64,000 bases of DNA from the IMG/VR virus record IMGVR_UViG_2871003000_000003, positions 32,001 through 96,000 of that record; one strand, 5' to 3'. This document shows, piece by piece, positions 1 to 10,612 of this stretch. How positions within the stretch are numbered: position 1 is the stretch's first letter; every line of letters begins with the position of its first letter. Source of the stretch: a virus (taxonomy: Duplodnaviria; Caudoviricetes). A program made the translations under genes and the position numbers. The notes under the pieces are model-generated. The model did no database searches. It had not been told where the DNA came from and was given only the letters and a program-made list of their open reading frames with translations.

Positions 1-291
1 ATTCAACTCTACTTTCATTGTTTCGTCATCGCCAGCTCCTTCGCCGGTTCTGTTGTCACCAGAATATACAATTGCTCCACTTGGATGACATGGCTGGTTA
101 TAGAAAATAAAGTCCTGTTCACCAGTTACTTTACCGTTTGCATCTGTTAAAAATGCAGATACGTCAAGATCAAATGGTGCATTCCCATCATATTTGTTCG
201 TATCCCATCCTAAACCAAATACAACATTTTTCAATCCGTCATTTCCTTTTGTTAAATCAACTTTCTGACCCTTTACTAAACTAATTGACAT
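1..291 (-). CDS. terD: TerD/TerE-family stress protein (runs off the window)
   Basis: Manual translation MSISLVKGQKVDLTKGNDGLKNVVFGLGWD...FDLDVSAFL...DFIFYNQ...SGDNRTGEGAGDDE, the typical TerD motifs; AGGAG RBS at 301-305. Confidence 0.9.
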   Translation of the reverse strand, partial: MSISLVKGQKVDLTKGNDGLKNVVFGLGWDTNKYDGNAPFDLDVSAFLTDANGKVTGEQDFIFYNQPCHPSGAIVYSGDNRTGEGAGDDETMKVELN

Positions 292-307
292 ATTCATGTT
301 CTCCTTT

Positions 308-2908
308 TTAATTATTTGTTTTTGTAACTGCTTTTCTTACTAAATCAACTGGTATTACCATAAACGCAAGAACTACAATAATTAACCAATGATTGAAATC
401 TAACGGTGTTACCTTAATCAATTCACCTGCAAAATTGCAAAGTATTACAGTAATCATAAAAATGCTAATTGCGATATATCCAAATAATTTATTTTTTCTA
501 ATTCCTTTTAATAGATTGAAACTATCTGTTCTAATATTAAATCCGTTAAACACTGCCATAAAACATAACAATGCGAATCTCGCAGTCATTGCCTCTACAT
601 CCGTTAAAAACATTTTAGAAATAGGACTAAGAATGATTACTCCATATAATGCAATAAAAGATATTGTACTAACTGCAATTCGTGTTTTGGCTCCCCTTAT
701 AAATAATCCGGAACCTTTTTTAATTGGCTCTTCATACATGTATTCTTCTTTTGGTGGCTCTCCTCCAAAAGAAAGTGAATTCAACGAATCCATAATAATA
801 TTTACAATAAGAATCTGTACCGATGCTAGTAATGATCCAACTGCTACAATCGGATACAACACACTCAAAATAAGTAAAGAAATGTTAATCGGTAACTGGA
901 ACTCTAAAAACATCATAATGTTGTGCATAAATGTTCTTCCTAGTTCTACCGCTTTTACAACTGAAGCAAAATTATCGTCTGTAAGCACAATGTCTGACGC
1001 TTCTTTTGCAACATCGCTTCCTGTTTGCATTCCAAATCCAACATCAGAACGTTTTAATGCTGGCGAGTCATTTACCCCGTCTCCTGTCATCGCAACAGAT
1101 CTACCAATCTCTTGAGCTAAAGTAACAAGTCTCAATTTTGTATTCGGAGAGCATCTTGAAATTACTCTCAATGATGGGATAATTTCTTTGACATCTTCAT
1201 CACTCATATTTTCGAATTCATCATTTGTGAGAGCTACATCACCATCTTTGTAAATTCCGCATTCTTTTGCTACCGCAATTGCAGTTTCAATACAATCTCC
1301 TGTAATCTCAATAACTTGAATACCAGCTTTATGTGCAATATTCACTGCGTCTGGAACCTCGTCCCTAACAGGATCAACGACTCCAATAATACCAAGTAAT
1401 GACATATCTTCCGGTAGTTTATTCTCTTCTAACTTTTCATTTTTAGAAGACAACGCAATACATCTCATAGATTTCGTTGTCATTTCTCTAAGTTTATTCT
1501 GAATCGCTTCTTTGTCCTTAGATGTAAAAGATTTTCTATTTCCTTCCTCATCAATCATAAATGAACACTTTTCAATAATTCTCTCAGGCGCTCCTTTATA
1601 ATATGTAAGGTTGTCCTTTGTAGTAAACGCTGAATATTTATTACTACTGCTAAACACTTGCTTGTCTAACATTTGAATATTCTTATTAATATTTTTGTAT
1701 TCATCTGAATTAACTAAGGACATCATGGCTCTATCAATTGAATTTCCACCAGTAATCATCCCATCTTTGTCAAATGTAGAACTGTTGTTCAAAACAATGT
1801 TGTTTTTCATTTCATTCCACAATTTTGAATTCATATCAATTTCTTTTGTATTTGAACCAATAATTATCTTTGGAGTCATAACACCTGTTGTTAATGTTCC
1901 TGTCTTATCAGTACAAATAATGTCAACATATGCTAATTCAGGAATTTTACCTGGATTCTTGGCAAGGATATTGAACTTCTCCATTGTTTTTACGTTCTGT
2001 TTGGTAACAAGTTTTACAATTAATGGAAGTCCTTCCGGAACTGCAGCAACAACAATGGTTAATGCAACTGAAAAATTCTGTGCAAATTTCTGAATTAAAT
2101 TGAAAATGTCATCCGAAAAATATTTTGAAACACCAACTTCCATAATTCCAGAAACGGTAAGAACAATAAACGTAATTGATGCTGCAATCGTTCCCCACTT
2201 AGAAATAAAGCCACTTAAATTATCTAACGCAATATCAAGAGCTGTTTTAGGAGCCTCTAGTGTTTGCATTTTTACCAATGTATCTCCATTGACTGTATTT
2301 ACACCAACATCTGTGACAACCATTTTTCCTTCGCCGGACATCACGGTTGTTCCTGCAAACAAACAATTCTGATTTGTATACGCATCTGTCGATGTTGTTT
2401 TCTTATGAATATATCCATCAATCGGCGTTTTCTTACACTCTTTTGTTTCTCCATTAATTGCAGCATTGTTAACTGAAATTTTACCTTCCATAAGATATCC
2501 ATCTGCAAAAATCTCTTGTCCCATTCCTACACAAACAACATCTCCCACAACCAATTCATCTTTATTGATTGTTTGCAATTGACCATTTCGTATTACATCA
2601 CAATACCTAATAGATGTTTTTGCTCTTAATTCTGCTGCTGATTTTTGTACACCCAACCCTGTCTTAACCGCGATACAAGTTACAATTGCAAGAACAAACA
2701 TAATCATAAGCGGTTCAGATAATTCCATTACACCTAAAAACCCCAACACCATTTGCAACATGGCAATTGCAATTAAAATCATAGTGATTTTTTCACATAG
2801 AGCATCTTTTGCAAAATGATACCATTTTTTTAATTTCGGCTCTGGTAATTTATTAGAACCGTACTTTTCTCTGTTTTCCACAACTTGTTCATTTGTTAAT
2901 CCGTTCAT
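308..2908 (-). CDS. P-type cation (Ca2+)-transporting ATPase
   Basis: VPEGLP, DKTGT phosphorylation motif, GDGVND, multiple TM helices; start MNGLT at 2908 chosen for its RBS (ORF track starts at 2947). Confidence 0.93.
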   Translation of the reverse strand: MNGLTNEQVVENREKYGSNKLPEPKLKKWYHFAKDALCEKITMILIAIAMLQMVLGFLGVMELSEPLMIMFVLAIVTCIAVKTGLGVQKSAAELRAKTSIRYCDVIRNGQLQTINKDELVVGDVVCVGMGQEIFADGYLMEGKISVNNAAINGETKECKKTPIDGYIHKKTTSTDAYTNQNCLFAGTTVMSGEGKMVVTDVGVNTVNGDTLVKMQTLEAPKTALDIALDNLSGFISKWGTIAASITFIVLTVSGIMEVGVSKYFSDDIFNLIQKFAQNFSVALTIVVAAVPEGLPLIVKLVTKQNVKTMEKFNILAKNPGKIPELAYVDIICTDKTGTLTTGVMTPKIIIGSNTKEIDMNSKLWNEMKNNIVLNNSSTFDKDGMITGGNSIDRAMMSLVNSDEYKNINKNIQMLDKQVFSSSNKYSAFTTKDNLTYYKGAPERIIEKCSFMIDEEGNRKSFTSKDKEAIQNKLREMTTKSMRCIALSSKNEKLEENKLPEDMSLLGIIGVVDPVRDEVPDAVNIAHKAGIQVIEITGDCIETAIAVAKECGIYKDGDVALTNDEFENMSDEDVKEIIPSLRVISRCSPNTKLRLVTLAQEIGRSVAMTGDGVNDSPALKRSDVGFGMQTGSDVAKEASDIVLTDDNFASVVKAVELGRTFMHNIMMFLEFQLPINISLLILSVLYPIVAVGSLLASVQILIVNIIMDSLNSLSFGGEPPKEEYMYEEPIKKGSGLFIRGAKTRIAVSTISFIALYGVIILSPISKMFLTDVEAMTARFALLCFMAVFNGFNIRTDSFNLLKGIRKNKLFGYIAISIFMITVILCNFAGELIKVTPLDFNHWLIIVVLAFMVIPVDLVRKAVTKTNN

Positions 2909-2909
2909 C

Positions 2910-3458
2910 TTACTCTCCTTTTTCATTTTCTTTATGTAAATCACCAATCTCTTTCATGGCGCGTACATACGCTTCTTTCTGAATATTAATTGCTCTTTCA
3001 CGTTTTTTCTTATCTCTTTTTACTTTTCGCTCATGAGCAAGTCTCTTTTTCATTGCTTCTTCATGTTTCTTATTCTCTTCTTCAACAAGTTTTCTATCAT
3101 GTTCTTTAATTGCCTTATCGACCATCTTTACATATTTCTTTTGGTAAGAAAGTTCTGTTGCCATATGCTCAATTCCTTCTAATGTATATTTGTCTTTATA
3201 CATTTTTTTTGATAAAGCAACAAATAAACCTCTCTGTAAATCAAACTTGTCCTTGTCATCACAAACAACTTTCTCCTGTGTGTTATCACTAAAATCAACT
3301 CTAATTACTTTATTTGGAAATAAAATTTCAAAACTAGAAATTTCAATGTTATTATTATCTTCGTATACAGATGATTTAGAAATTTCTAATCCAATTCCAC
3401 TGCACATCTCCTTACATAGATTATAAGTCGTCTTTACTTTATAAAAATCTTCCTTCAT
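2910..3458 (-). CDS. hypothetical phage protein
   Basis: 182-aa ORF in operon, RBS. Confidence 0.6.
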   Translation of the reverse strand: MKEDFYKVKTTYNLCKEMCSGIGLEISKSSVYEDNNNIEISSFEILFPNKVIRVDFSDNTQEKVVCDDKDKFDLQRGLFVALSKKMYKDKYTLEGIEHMATELSYQKKYVKMVDKAIKEHDRKLVEEENKKHEEAMKKRLAHERKVKRDKKKRERAINIQKEAYVRAMKEIGDLHKENEKGE

Positions 3459-3561
3459 TCTCTATTCTCCTTTTATCTATATGTTTTATAATATCTATAA
3501 CAAAAATTAGTCAAAAAATAATAAAGCTATATACATATTAAATTTATTTCATTTTATTTAA

Positions 3562-3975
3562 TCATAATTCCGAAAAATCAAAGTGCTCACCGCAGCTACA
3601 CTCAACCGTCCCAAACACTCCAATTGATGTTGGCGTAAAATGATATGTATAGCTTCCGCCAATTGCTCCACCATACCTAATCTTTTTAGAAGATTTTGTA
3701 ATTCCATGAACTTTTTCTTCGTGTTCATTCTTCCATTTCTTAATTCTCTCATTTTCAATCTCTGTAATTGGAAATCCGCGCAGAAGATCTTCTCTCATAT
3801 TATCTAACTGTTGATTCATCTTCTGAATTTCTTCATCTTTGTCGTATTCGTCTGTCAGTCTTTTATTCTCTTTTACAAGACGGTCAATGCGCATATCTTT
3901 GTTTTTACATTCATCCATAATAAAATCAACTGCGTCCTGAACTGTCCTACACGTTTTCTCTGATCTCACCAGCAT
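3562..3975 (-). CDS. hypothetical phage protein (coiled coil, C-terminal FTPTSIG..CxC)
   Basis: 137-aa ORF in operon. Confidence 0.6.
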   Translation of the reverse strand: MLVRSEKTCRTVQDAVDFIMDECKNKDMRIDRLVKENKRLTDEYDKDEEIQKMNQQLDNMREDLLRGFPITEIENERIKKWKNEHEEKVHGITKSSKKIRYGGAIGGSYTYHFTPTSIGVFGTVECSCGEHFDFSEL

Positions 3976-3977
3976 AA

Positions 3978-4283
3978 TTAGTCCTCTTTTTTCTTATTCT
4001 CTTCTTGATTCACTCCAACATTCGCTATTTTATAAAGAATATCGTATAACCATCCACGAAAACTACACTTTCGTGATTCAAATTTATCAGCTATGTAACA
4101 AAGTAATATAATTACAAATATAATTACAGGTGAAAACCATCCGCATAAACATATACATAATAAATCTCTTACATTAAAATAATCCTTTAAATCTTCTTTG
4201 TTATATTCACTTTTCCTTAAAGTACTAAGAAGCAAAAACAGCCATGAAAGAAAACCTACAAAAATCCACGATACAATAATCAC
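3978..4283 (-). CDS. small membrane protein
   Basis: Two hydrophobic segments; GGAGG RBS. Confidence 0.55.
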   Translation of the reverse strand: MIIVSWIFVGFLSWLFLLLSTLRKSEYNKEDLKDYFNVRDLLCICLCGWFSPVIIFVIILLCYIADKFESRKCSFRGWLYDILYKIANVGVNQEENKKKED

Positions 4284-4583
4284 TAAAATCCACCTCCGTT
4301 CTACTGCAGTATAAAACCAAGATTTAATTCATTTGACTTGTTCATTTGTTCTTCCTTACAATTCAATATAATTCCATCTTTTCTTATCTTCGTATTTCCA
4401 CTGGATCTGTCCCTGGTAAATTCTCGTCTCGATATTTACTACATTGTCCATACCTAGGATAAATTCTCTATAAGAATCAATATCTCTTTCTGACAAATCA
4501 TGAATCGTTTTAAAAATATCTAAATTCTTACAAATATGTTCTACTGACCACTCGTAATCTGTTAATGAAAGCTGTCTTTCAAA

Positions 4584-4865
4584 TTATTCTTGCACGATTA
4601 CATTATTATCTTTAGGATTATCTTTTACATGTAGTTCTGCATAAACTTCATAGACATCCGACTTAAAGAATGAGTTACTGTAAACAAGTCCATCTAATAA
4701 ATTCACCGCACAATTTTCTCCGATATCTGAAAGTTTCATATAGTAAGTTTCTCTGAAGCAAAATACATGTCCTGATTTAATGTTCATTACATTTGTCATC
4801 ATTTTCTTATTCGATACAATTTTCATATAATCAGTCATCCTTCCTATTTTTATAAATGACACCAT
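4584..4865 (-). CDS. hypothetical protein
   Basis: ORF track, co-oriented. Confidence 0.45.
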   Translation of the reverse strand: MVSFIKIGRMTDYMKIVSNKKMMTNVMNIKSGHVFCFRETYYMKLSDIGENCAVNLLDGLVYSNSFFKSDVYEVYAELHVKDNPKDNNVIVQE

Positions 4866-4994
4866 TTATTTACTAAGTCCGCCTGCTTTTCTGTGAGTTC
4901 TGTAAGAAGAATCTCATTTAATAAATCAAGTTGCAATTCAGCCATCTCTCTACAAATCTCTCCGCACTCTGGCTCCGGTTTTTCGCTACATTTT

Positions 4995-5297
4995 TTACAT
5001 GCTCCTGTACAAATCTTCATATTTAAATCGCTCCATTTCTTTCTTCTGTTTCTGAATCTTAATTGCCTGATCACAAATAATCTCGCGTAAAATTTCAATA
5101 TCTTGTTTATGCATATCAGTAGATGTATTAGCCATTGTATTTGTTTTTATCAATGAACAAATACACTCCATACATTCTGTCATATCATCAACAGTAATAT
5201 CTGATTGACATCCATTTTCTACCATTAAATATAATTCACTCAAATTCTTGTTATATTGTCTAATTGTATCTAAATTTTCTTCAGATAACTTTCTCAT
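4995..5297 (-). CDS. hypothetical protein
   Basis: Start overlaps the upstream stop (TAATG). Confidence 0.55.
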   Translation of the reverse strand: MRKLSEENLDTIRQYNKNLSELYLMVENGCQSDITVDDMTECMECICSLIKTNTMANTSTDMHKQDIEILREIICDQAIKIQKQKKEMERFKYEDLYRSM

Positions 5298-6223
5298 TAT
5301 TCACACCTCGCTTTATCACACTCATGAAATCTTAATAACATGTTATATTTTTCTTCGCCAAATATGTTTTTCCATTTATTTTTAGTTTTTTCCGTGTTCC
5401 AATTAAAAGGCATCATGTGATAATTAATTAAAAAACAACAATCTAACAAAAAAACATCGGTATTATATTCTTCAAATGGATTATACAATGTTGTTAAAAC
5501 ACAATACGATCCGACATTTTCATGTCCAAAATAATGAGCAATCCCATTTTCATCAATCGTCTGCGTGTACAATTTACCAAAATCATGTATTTTTGCACCA
5601 AGAAGAAAACCGCTTTTATATACATCATAAGGATGAGCCAAATCTGAAAACTTGTTATATGTAAAATCACAATGGTCTTCTAAATACATATTGTGGTGCG
5701 GATTTTTTTGATCAAATCCTGTCATTGATATCGTAACTGCATTTGGAAGGATTTTTCCAGCATATGTATATCCCACATCATGAATAACAATTTCACTAAA
5801 TCCTTCTTCTTTAAAAGGAATTTGAAATCTTCTTAACTGCTTTTCGAGTACATATTCTGGTACTGTATGTTCTCTATTCTTATTATCTTTAACACAATCT
5901 TTGTATTTCTTAGGTACAATATAACAAATCTTCTCAACATCCAATTTTTTCACGTGCTCAACAATCGCGCGTCGTGACTTTATCGTGATATTCGTTGCAT
6001 CTGCAATTACATTTTTATTCTTATTTAATGATTCTCTTATTCTCTTATTAAAAATATTAAACACTTTTTCATTATCAGATTGATTTTGGCATGATCCAAA
6101 CAATTCTTCTCTAATTGCATCTGAAGATACAATCTCTGCATTATATTTGACAGCTAAATCTTTTGCAATGCTGGACTTTCCACTTCCAGAAAGTCCACAC
6201 ATAATAAATAATTTGGGTTGCAT
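5297..6223 (-). CDS. polynucleotide kinase (AAA_33 P-loop) fused to HD phosphohydrolase
   Basis: GLSGSGKS Walker A, SSDAIR, DATN; C-terminal HH..HC, HDFGK, HENVG, YHM. Confidence 0.85.
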   Translation of the reverse strand: MQPKLFIMCGLSGSGKSSIAKDLAVKYNAEIVSSDAIREELFGSCQNQSDNEKVFNIFNKRIRESLNKNKNVIADATNITIKSRRAIVEHVKKLDVEKICYIVPKKYKDCVKDNKNREHTVPEYVLEKQLRRFQIPFKEEGFSEIVIHDVGYTYAGKILPNAVTISMTGFDQKNPHHNMYLEDHCDFTYNKFSDLAHPYDVYKSGFLLGAKIHDFGKLYTQTIDENGIAHYFGHENVGSYCVLTTLYNPFEEYNTDVFLLDCCFLINYHMMPFNWNTEKTKNKWKNIFGEEKYNMLLRFHECDKARCE

Positions 6224-7528
6224 TTACATTGCTTCCTCCATTAATTCTTCAGCCTCTTCCATATCCGGAACATCTGAAGTGTCTTTAATAATTGATTCAA
6301 TTACCTTAAACTCAAACACTTTGTCCTTATAAGCTGTAAATGATTCTCTATTATCAATACGTACAACCACACCTTCAGCAATATGTGTTCTTCCAATTTC
6401 ATCTGCCGGCATACCAGATAAATATTTATTTACTCTTTCCATTAGATCTTCTTTTGTTGTATAAATAAATTTTTCTAATTCTGGAACATATTTTACACCA
6501 AGTTTATCACACCAAATTTTAACCACTTCCCAAGGAACTTCCATTACTGTTCCATCACCGGTTGTCATAGTCATACGATAAACATACATCTCAGATTCTC
6601 CTGGCTGACAACCATAAGAAAATGTTGTCTCTTTCCCAAACTTCTTTGTAAACTCTTTATCTTTGACTTTTGAATTTGATGCAGAACCCATAATTGGTGT
6701 AGTCTCATTTACATATCCTACAATTTCGTAAAACACTTCACATCCTTCAGGTAATTTATCCTTTAATAAATCGTGATATTTTTTTCTGAATGCATTATCA
6801 GAATAATATCCATCTGTGCCATTCAAATCTTTAATTACAACTCTTCTACTTCCAGACACAACAGAAATTTCTTTTGTCTGTTTCTGTCTCATATGTAATA
6901 ATTCTCTCAACTTACTATTTTTCTTTGTAATTTTTAATGTCTTAGCAGTACGAGCAGATGTTCCATGAAGCTTACGTGTAATATAGACTGTATCACCAGG
7001 CTTAAAAGAATTTAAATTATATGCAAGCTGCGCAGTATCTTTATGTTCTTCAAAAAATGGATAGGAAATATTTTCTTTATACTTCTCTTTCTTTTTATTA
7101 GAGTTAATATTACTTCTTTTATTTCCTCTTGGAATATACTTTTTACAAATTTCATGTCCTCTAAGAACTGTAATTTGATCTCCATCTTTCAGTTTATTAA
7201 TATCAGTATATTTCGAAAGTGTATCAATTGGTAAAATCAGCCCTTCAGATTTTTCACCTCTTAATCTGATTGCAGTTACATTTCTCTTATTTGGATCCAT
7301 ATAACCACCAACGTTATTTCCGTTCTCGTCCTTTACTCTCACGAGTTTGTTGTCATTTGCATACTCTTCAGAAAGCTGTCCATCAGACGGAAAGAATACA
7401 ACCCTCTGTCCATCTTTATAACTCAAATCCACAATCACATTCTGTCCGAATACCTCTACACACTGTAAACGATCAGCATTGCTATGTTTTCTTAATCCTT
7501 TAAGTGTTGTAATATATCCACAATACAT
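6224..7528 (-). CDS. RNA ligase (DRB0094/Rnl2-like)
   Basis: N-terminal HSNADRLQ/OB-like region, KLHGTS adenylation motif, YEIVG, EGVVVR, YK. Confidence 0.82.
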   Translation of the reverse strand: MYCGYITTLKGLRKHSNADRLQCVEVFGQNVIVDLSYKDGQRVVFFPSDGQLSEEYANDNKLVRVKDENGNNVGGYMDPNKRNVTAIRLRGEKSEGLILPIDTLSKYTDINKLKDGDQITVLRGHEICKKYIPRGNKRSNINSNKKKEKYKENISYPFFEEHKDTAQLAYNLNSFKPGDTVYITRKLHGTSARTAKTLKITKKNSKLRELLHMRQKQTKEISVVSGSRRVVIKDLNGTDGYYSDNAFRKKYHDLLKDKLPEGCEVFYEIVGYVNETTPIMGSASNSKVKDKEFTKKFGKETTFSYGCQPGESEMYVYRMTMTTGDGTVMEVPWEVVKIWCDKLGVKYVPELEKFIYTTKEDLMERVNKYLSGMPADEIGRTHIAEGVVVRIDNRESFTAYKDKVFEFKVIESIIKDTSDVPDMEEAEELMEEAM

Positions 7529-7548
7529 AATATTTATCTCCTTCTATC

Positions 7549-8064
7549 TCAACATCTCGCATATTCGTCTACAAATTTCTTCATTACTCTCGAAACATGT
7601 GGCTGAGAACATCCAGCAATTTTCATTATTTCCACTTGTTTATATCCTTGTAAAAATAATGAGATGATAGGTTTATGTTTTTCTTTCATTTTATTAAATG
7701 CATTTCGAAGAGCAATTTTATGAATACAATCGTTCTCAACATTTTGATCTGATTGTATTTTGTCAATAAATTCTACCTTGTTTCCGGATTCGTTCTCATA
7801 CTCTGTGTTATAATATAGAATCTCATTTTTTGGAATTGTCCTTTGACGTAACTCTTTTTTCTTTTCGCTATACACTTCATTAAACATACATTTGAATGCA
7901 TATGTAGAAAATTTGGACGTTCCTTCATTAAATGTTTTCGCTGCTTTACACATTCCAATTGCAGCCAAATCATACCAATCTTCCATATTTAATTTTTCTT
8001 TCTGTAAAAATCTATAGATCAAATTATGATTGTCAGTTACTAACTGTTTTTGATAATCGGTCAA
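7549..8064 (-). CDS. sigma-70-family (ECF-like) phage sigma factor
   Basis: DWYDLAAIGMCKAAKTF..KFSTYA region 2 and C-terminal HTH (GYKQVEI..SQPHVSR). Confidence 0.8.
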   Translation of the reverse strand: MTDYQKQLVTDNHNLIYRFLQKEKLNMEDWYDLAAIGMCKAAKTFNEGTSKFSTYAFKCMFNEVYSEKKKELRQRTIPKNEILYYNTEYENESGNKVEFIDKIQSDQNVENDCIHKIALRNAFNKMKEKHKPIISLFLQGYKQVEIMKIAGCSQPHVSRVMKKFVDEYARC

Positions 8065-8175
8065 TTTGTCACCTCATTTATAACAAAATTTTTAAATACA
8101 AGATTTATCTCTTTTTATTCACTCATTTTCACTATACAATCTGTAATTTTTACAATAGTAAAAAGACATTTATTC

Positions 8176-8604
8176 TCATTGGTCAGAATTAATTAAATTA
8201 CATACAAGTTCGTTTAGTTCATTCTTTTTACTTTTTGGTATGTAACACACAAATTCTGTATACATATCTAAACCTTCCTTATATCTATTAATTTCATTTT
8301 CTTCTTTACAAAAATCAATATTGTGTTCATTGCATACCTTAACTAAAACGTCCCTTAAATGATACCCATCGCAACTATCCAATCCTGTTTTCTGAATATC
8401 AATATCTTTGCTTATAACATTATCAACTTCAATGTTCGTATAACAATTATTCCCTTTTCCGTCTAAATCAGTTATGCAAACCTTATTGTTAATTAGGTTA
8501 CACCATATCTTTTCGAACGTTTCACTCTTGACTAGTCTATTTTCTTCATACCTTGAAAAACTATAATATCCTACGGCTCTTACCCTTAAATTAACCAAAT
8601 TCAT
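8176..8604 (-). CDS. hypothetical protein
   Basis: ORF with AGGAGG RBS. Confidence 0.55.
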   Translation of the reverse strand: MNLVNLRVRAVGYYSFSRYEENRLVKSETFEKIWCNLINNKVCITDLDGKGNNCYTNIEVDNVISKDIDIQKTGLDSCDGYHLRDVLVKVCNEHNIDFCKEENEINRYKEGLDMYTEFVCYIPKSKKNELNELVCNLINSDQ

Positions 8605-8630
8605 AGTCTATATTCCTCCTATTATTGTTG

Positions 8631-8876
8631 TCAATCTACCACCACAGTTAATCCACTCTTTATATTCTCTTCTGGTTTACTCCACTCTTCATATTCCAAG
8701 ACTGTATCATCTTCTTCATAGGTGTCTCCATCCATGGAAATCAGTTTCCCATCCTTACTCGCAGCGCAACCGATGAATATGGATTTTCCGTAATATTTTT
8801 CTTTATCTTTTGGAATCTTTAATCTATATGAGATGTAATCGTAATCTTTATTTTTAATCAGATCTTTAACTGTCAA
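8631..8876 (-). CDS. hypothetical protein
   Basis: ORF track, coupled to neighbour. Confidence 0.5.
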   Translation of the reverse strand: MTVKDLIKNKDYDYISYRLKIPKDKEKYYGKSIFIGCAASKDGKLISMDGDTYEEDDTVLEYEEWSKPEENIKSGLTVVVD

Positions 8877-9207
8877 AATATTCTTTCACCTCATCGAATC
8901 CTTTATAAGTTATTCCTTCTTCAATTGGTTTTAAAAAATCGCATAAAAATTTTAAAATTTTCTTACAGTCATCAACTGTTTCCACCTTATCCAAATTCAA
9001 CTTTGGAGTATAATATGTTCTTGTATTGGACAAACCTTTTATATTCTCTTCCTCTATATCTTTGCTATGATCAAATGCTCTTAATTCTTCTTTTGATAAC
9101 CATTTAATCCATGCACCACAATCACTACAATACAATCCCGTATTGTTACCCTTTTGATCAGTATATAAATCTGTGCTGCCACATTTTTTACAACAATTTT
9201 GATACAT
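8866..9207 (-). CDS. zinc-ribbon protein
   Basis: CKKCG...CSDCGAWIKW. Confidence 0.6.
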   Translation of the reverse strand: MYQNCCKKCGSTDLYTDQKGNNTGLYCSDCGAWIKWLSKEELRAFDHSKDIEEENIKGLSNTRTYYTPKLNLDKVETVDDCKKILKFLCDFLKPIEEGITYKGFDEVKEYFDS

Positions 9208-9252
9208 TTATTTTCCTCTTTTTTTTATGAAACTATTCTTTCATTCATCTTA

Positions 9253-9567
9253 TTACAAAAAAATAATATCTTCGTATTCTCCTGTATAACATGGCATGAT
9301 TACTGTATTAAAAAACTTTTTATCAATCCTCTCATCACACCACATTTTCCCGGATCTAAATCCTATGAATGATTTTGATGCTTCCACCCAGATTAATTTT
9401 GTTCCGTCTGTAAATTCTGTTCGTAATTCATATTTACTATGAAATTTTTTAGAAACAATTTTACCACATGTTTTCTCAATTCCTGACATAATATCAATCG
9501 CTCTATAATAATCAAACCCAACAACAGCCCATTTTTTTATCAAACATTTTTTTAAATCCTGGTTCAT
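9253..9567 (-). CDS. hypothetical protein
   Basis: ORF in operon. Confidence 0.55.
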   Translation of the reverse strand: MNQDLKKCLIKKWAVVGFDYYRAIDIMSGIEKTCGKIVSKKFHSKYELRTEFTDGTKLIWVEASKSFIGFRSGKMWCDERIDKKFFNTVIMPCYTGEYEDIIFL

Positions 9568-9585
9568 TATCTTACTACATCTCCA

Positions 9586-9984
9586 TTACTTATTTTGGAA
9601 TATCTTTGTTCCAACTCCTTCGACTTCAACTTGACAAACTGCTTGTCTTACAAAAAATTTATCGCAGCACTTATTAAACCATTTCTCAATTTCATCAAAG
9701 TTTCCATAATCTCTCAAATCGCCAAATACTGACACAGTTGTTGAAGCCATACATGATTTATCAGGATTATGCCATATGCTCATCTCCAACGTTCCTTCTG
9801 ATCCCATTGGAAGATATTTATGTTTGTCTTTTACCTCATAATTCTCATCATATTCAATATTGCTCATACCTCTGTAATCAACTTGTTTTCCAAAGATATC
9901 AATAATTTCTTCATCTGGTATTTCGCCAATACTATTTAATCGGAAACTTGCATTCACATGTGTCCACTGACTCATAATTTTCAC
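9586..9984 (-). CDS. hypothetical phage protein (WTHV..GSEG motif; resembles 28099..28674)
   Basis: SQWTHV / LPMGSEG resembles SSWTYV / LPVVTGSER in the 28-kb ORF. Confidence 0.55.
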   Translation of the reverse strand: MKIMSQWTHVNASFRLNSIGEIPDEEIIDIFGKQVDYRGMSNIEYDENYEVKDKHKYLPMGSEGTLEMSIWHNPDKSCMASTTVSVFGDLRDYGNFDEIEKWFNKCCDKFFVRQAVCQVEVEGVGTKIFQNK

Positions 9985-10261
9985 CTCTTAAAATTAACCT
10001 TTCATATATTTGCTCAAACAACAAGTGTCTTTTCCAATATTTTTGTCATCATTCTGATATATAATTTTTTCCACCACGTAAGCTTTATACCCATATAATC
10101 TTCTACAAAATCTTCTGTTCTCATGTTTCTAAATTTCAATATTAGTGAAACTTTTTCATCATTTACATTCAATCTCAATTCACCATAGTAGCTGCGCAGC
10201 TTTACTCACATGTGAACGTTTGTCCTTCCTTTTGTTTTATAATTACTGTTTAAATATTCTC

Positions 10262-10549
10262 TTACAAATTAAAAAGTTTATAGTCTTCCCATTGGTATCC
10301 GCTTCCACACGGAACAATATTCGAATACAATTGAGAAATAGTCGTGTTATTCGCATCAATCCACGCTTTTCTCCATCTATATCCTCTTGCTCCGGCATTA
10401 GGATTAACTGTAATCCATTCTTCACCGTCACTGAATCTAATTTCTGATCTGATATAACATGATTTTGAGATGCCTTTAAATACCGTTTCAATTCCAGATT
10501 CGTTTTTATCCTTTTCGATTTCTAACAATTTATTTATCCCAACATCCAT
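10262..10549 (-). CDS. hypothetical protein
   Basis: ORF track. Confidence 0.45.
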   Translation of the reverse strand: MDVGINKLLEIEKDKNESGIETVFKGISKSCYIRSEIRFSDGEEWITVNPNAGARGYRWRKAWIDANNTTISQLYSNIVPCGSGYQWEDYKLFNL

Positions 10550-10612
10550 ATCACTCGTATAGATAATACATTTTACAATTTGATTACTACATGTTGATCA
10601 GCACATTATAAT

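Noticed and set aside
393-2476. Long plus-strand ORFs opposite the ATPase, and many similar shadow ORFs elsewhere
   Set aside because: Antisense to well-supported genes, no RBS, no motifs
4356-4583. Open frame continuing in-frame after the TAA of 4584..4865 (readthrough or recoding)
   Set aside because: Single TAA case; other genes are intact in the standard code, so more likely a gene remnant
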